Source: Vitrella brassicaformis CCMP3155 (taxonomy: Eukaryota > Protista > Chromerida). From it: a stretch of DNA of 64,000 nt. Both the position numbers and the translations under genes were made by a program. The notes beneath the pieces were generated by a model, which was given only the letters and a program-made list of their open reading frames with translations, ran no database searches and had not been told where the DNA came from. Positions 58,046-64,000 of this stretch are shown here, piece after piece. Position 1 is the stretch's first letter; every line of letters starts with the position of its first letter. The stretch spans positions 1-64,000 of the forward strand of contig CDMY01000424.1 of the NCBI GenBank assembly GCA_001179505.1, read 5' to 3'.

Positions 58046-59288
58046 ATCGCCTGTGTGACGAATGGGGCTACAATGAAGGCGATAGCAGCAACTTCACGAT
58101 TGCTGTCAAAACAGATGATGGGTCCATGCTCTTCTTCCTGATCAAGTGAGCACACGGGTGCACAGCGTCTGTCAACACGTCTTTCTCTGCATGTGTGCAT
58201 TTGGTTGCCTTCCCTTCATTCAGGCATGGTGTGCAGTGGCAAGATGTGACAGTGAGGGATATAATCCTGGTCAATGCAGCGGGCGATGTAGTGCACGGTA
58301 GGCAGGGCAACACAATCTCACCGATGGTTTGTGTTGGTCATGGCGGTCATTCGGCAGGCAGACTGGGGATGCGGGAGCAATGAGGCGTGCCCTTCCTCGG
58401 CCCACTTTGACGTCATTGGCTTCCACATCCGCCGGGCCATCCACGAGCGCCTGGGTGCGAATGGTGCTTCCCGAACACATAGAAAGCACACACATGATGC
58501 ACCCATACAATCATGTGTGTGAATGGGGCACATGCACGCACCTGAATGGCAGGCAGCGTGGTGCTTCACACGCACATGCCCACTGCCACCACTATGAGCG
58601 TCATGCGCACGGAGAACGGTTCGCGAATTACCTGCTCGCCTGCGTCCACTGTCTCACGTGTGGGTCGGTGTGAGTATGTGTGTTTGCAGGAGGCTTGGTA
58701 TTCCCCATCCATCAGGCCTCCTGCCGCTTCCACGACAATGTCGTGTATGATGAGAAGTTCAGCGGGTTGGCTTGTGGGCCGGAGGAGGGCTATGCAGAGG
58801 GCAACAGAGTGGCCGACGTCCTCACTGGCGGCGGGGCCACAAGCAGAGTGCGTGCTGTGTTCTTACGAAATCACGGCCCAATGATTGTGGGACGCAACGG
58901 TCGGTCAGCAGACGCAAAGACACACACAATGGAGCCCGCCCGGATGTCGTGCCTGGTGTGTTTCGATTTGTCAGTGTGGGAGGCGTTGGATGATCTGTAC
59001 TATCTCCATCGAGCATGCCTCTTCCAAGCAGAGGCTCTCAAGACAGCTGGGGGAGACATGTCAAGGCTGGCGCCACTCAAAGACGACATTGCACTCGCCA
59101 CATCCAGACAGGTGACACACATGCTCACATTCAGTCTCTGTCTTGGCCGTGGGCCATGTGTGATGTGTCTTGCTGTGTTCTGACTGATGCAGTCTGACCA
59201 TGTTCGCTCCTTGAAGGGCTGGAAACACATCTCCTCACACAGGACGCGGCTGCTCAAGGCCATCCCATCCATTGCAGATGTGTGTTGA
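57812..59288 (+). CDS. Class II aldolase/adducin-head family protein
   Basis: DLAVDLACM|YRLCDEWGYNEG, VLHTHMP, PIHQASCRF, VFLRNHGPMIVG, EALDDLYYL; metal-binding HxH and NHG present. Start uncertain. Confidence 0.85.
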
Positions 59289-59572
59289 CAGACAGATAGC
59301 TGTGCTGAGGACTGACAGGCTTGCGTGTTGACGCATTAGATAGACGTAGCCATAGACGTCATGGGCCGCAGGCTTGCGAAGACGAAGGCGAGAGACCGAT
59401 GAGTCATTCTTGTATGTCCAACCACATGCACGTCCGCAATACACCACGATACATGCTGACGAGCCAGCAATAATACCACCACACGCCTCGCCGTCCAGGA
59501 CGAATCCTGGCCATTTAACGGCTGTGGGACACCCCTTTTCTCTCCTCCACGCAGCGTTCGTTCGTTCTCCAG

Positions 59573-62203
<2,631 letters not shown>

Positions 62204-63082
62204 ACTGAGAGGCCACGTCGGCGTATAGGAGCGGACGGTGCAGATATATCGATGAGAGGGGCGGCATCGTCTGCCTGTCTGAAAGCTGTTTCTTGTGCTA
62301 TGCGCTGCCAAGTTTGCATGCACAATTTAGTCTGTCTCACTCACTCACTCACTCTCTCTCTCTCTCATCTGTCAGTGCATTCACGTGTGGGCGATGCATG
62401 CCATTGTATGTATGGGGTGGGTTGTGCTAGTGCATGCAATTTTGAAAGCCAGCCGCAGATGAATGCTAGTTGTGCGAGCTTCGAAGCAATCAGAGGGAGC
62501 CGTCCCACTGATAGAGCCGTGCTACCCTACCTATCTGACGACATCCTACAGTATGTCTATCAATCATCCCCCCACCCATCTGTCCGTATGGATTTTGCCA
62601 GCTGTTTATCATGGGCCATGATAGTCCCAATGGGATGTGACGGAGACAATGGGAGACAGAGAGACGCCACTTGCATTTGCGTCCCCTGCCTGCCCAGAGA
62701 TCATCGCACATATTGTGCTGTCACAGTGCTATGTTACGTCTACGCGAGAGAGACATACAGAGATGCAAACTTCAGTGGCGGAAAGATCAGTCACGTGCCT
62801 TCATCAGGGGCTTCGGTGCATGGCCATGGTGAATGAATGAGTTGACGGACACAGGTGAATGGCAATGTTGAATGATCATCATGAACGGGCTGCACACAGT
62901 GAATGATCATGAATGGCCAAGTCACACGCGTACACCGAAACTCCTTATACGCTCCTTATACGCTCTACGCGATACAGAACACATAAGCGGGCCTCTGTCT
63001 GTCTGTCTGTCTGTCTAACTGGCTGTTTTGTGGAGCACGTCCGTTCACCCCAACGGCAGCTGTACGTAAATACAGCGCACCC

Positions 63083-64000
63083 GTGATGATTCGCCTCAGC
63101 TGCCTGTGGGGCGGCCTCATTGTGGTCCTCTGTGTCACCCGATGTGCCACAGAGCCCGTCTTCATCCCTGTCGAAGACTCCGCTGAACGGTGCGAAGGGG
63201 GTGATAAGGCCGACTTGCCTGATGGCTTTGGGTGCGTGCGGTTTGATCCTGGCGAGAGCACAGCAACTGTCGGACGAGATGAGGGCGAAGCCGTTGAGTT
63301 CTTCCTCGGTGAGTCAGAAAAAGTCGCTTGCACTTGTCAAGGAAGGATCCATGACATTTGTTTGTCTCTCCATGTGCTGTCGGGTGTCGGCAGGCATCCA
63401 ATATGCCACTGCTGAACGCTTCGAGCCAGCCACAGAGGTACGTTGGGACAAGAAAACGGGAGGAGACGGGGGAATGCTCAGTTTTGGTGTGTATTGTCGG
63501 TGTGCAGAGGGTGTATGGAGAGGATGACGCGGGGACGACAATCAATGGCGAAGAGAATCAAGGCGACGCGTGCGTATCTGGCTGCAAGTTGACGATCGAT
63601 ACACCTGGTAACACAACCACACACATACACACGCAACTGCTCGCCCCTCCTCTCCCTCATGCCCCAGACATATGCGAAGCCCCCAATGGCGTGGAAAGCG
63701 AGGAGTGTCTCTTCCTCTCCATTTGGCGCCCTCAAGACGAGTCCCTCAGAACGACACAGATCATCGTAGGTTCAGACCTGTAGGCGGAGAGGCCCCAAGC
63801 ACACACAGGACTCATCTAGCTCTCCTTTCTCGCTGTCTGCGTGTCTAGATCATTCTGCATGGGGGCGGCTTTCTCGCAGGTGAGTGAAGAAAGGCAGGGG
63901 GAGATGGGTCATCAATACGTGCTCTTTTCCATGGATGACAGGCACTGGGATGGCGGACTTCGTGTATGCCGAAGAGGTCGCACGACGAACGGGTCAGCAA
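63083..64000 (+). CDS. Secreted type-B carboxylesterase/lipase family protein (partial, runs off the right edge)
   Basis: Signal peptide; FL|GIQYA, ESEECLFLSIWRP, ILHGGGFLAG. Confidence 0.8.

Overview
Eukaryotic, intron-rich genomic DNA: short GT-AG introns full of (GT)n/(GTCT)n/(GGAT)n microsatellites, GC-rich exons, and four ~300-N assembly gaps. The style suggests a chromerid alveolate such as Vitrella (inference, not verified). All gene models were spliced by eye, so boundaries are approximate. From left to right: the 5' end of a decayed Ty1/copia element; a shuffled array of lineage-specific coiled-coil and kinase-like paralogs (2.7-10.7 kb); a secreted Cys-repeat/lectin-like protein; an ADP-ribosylation cluster (PARG, a head-to-head Gig2/PARP-like ADP-ribosyltransferase, a delta-12-type desaturase, a second PARG); a polycystin-like channel head-to-head with IFT22; two small genes around a telo-box-like hairpin; a bacterial type I sulfide:quinone oxidoreductase with a probable plastid-targeting leader head-to-head with a CoA-disulfide/persulfide reductase-rhodanese; a secreted polyenoic fatty acid isomerase-like flavoprotein; a gene-poor repeat region; a FAAL-ACP-reductase protein with a degenerate reductase site; a class II aldolase; a GH1 beta-glucosidase; and a carboxylesterase cut by the window edge. 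The two best candidates for undescribed systems are the SQR/persulfide-reductase pair and the ART/PARG writer-eraser pair. No rRNA, tRNA or CRISPR array was seen.
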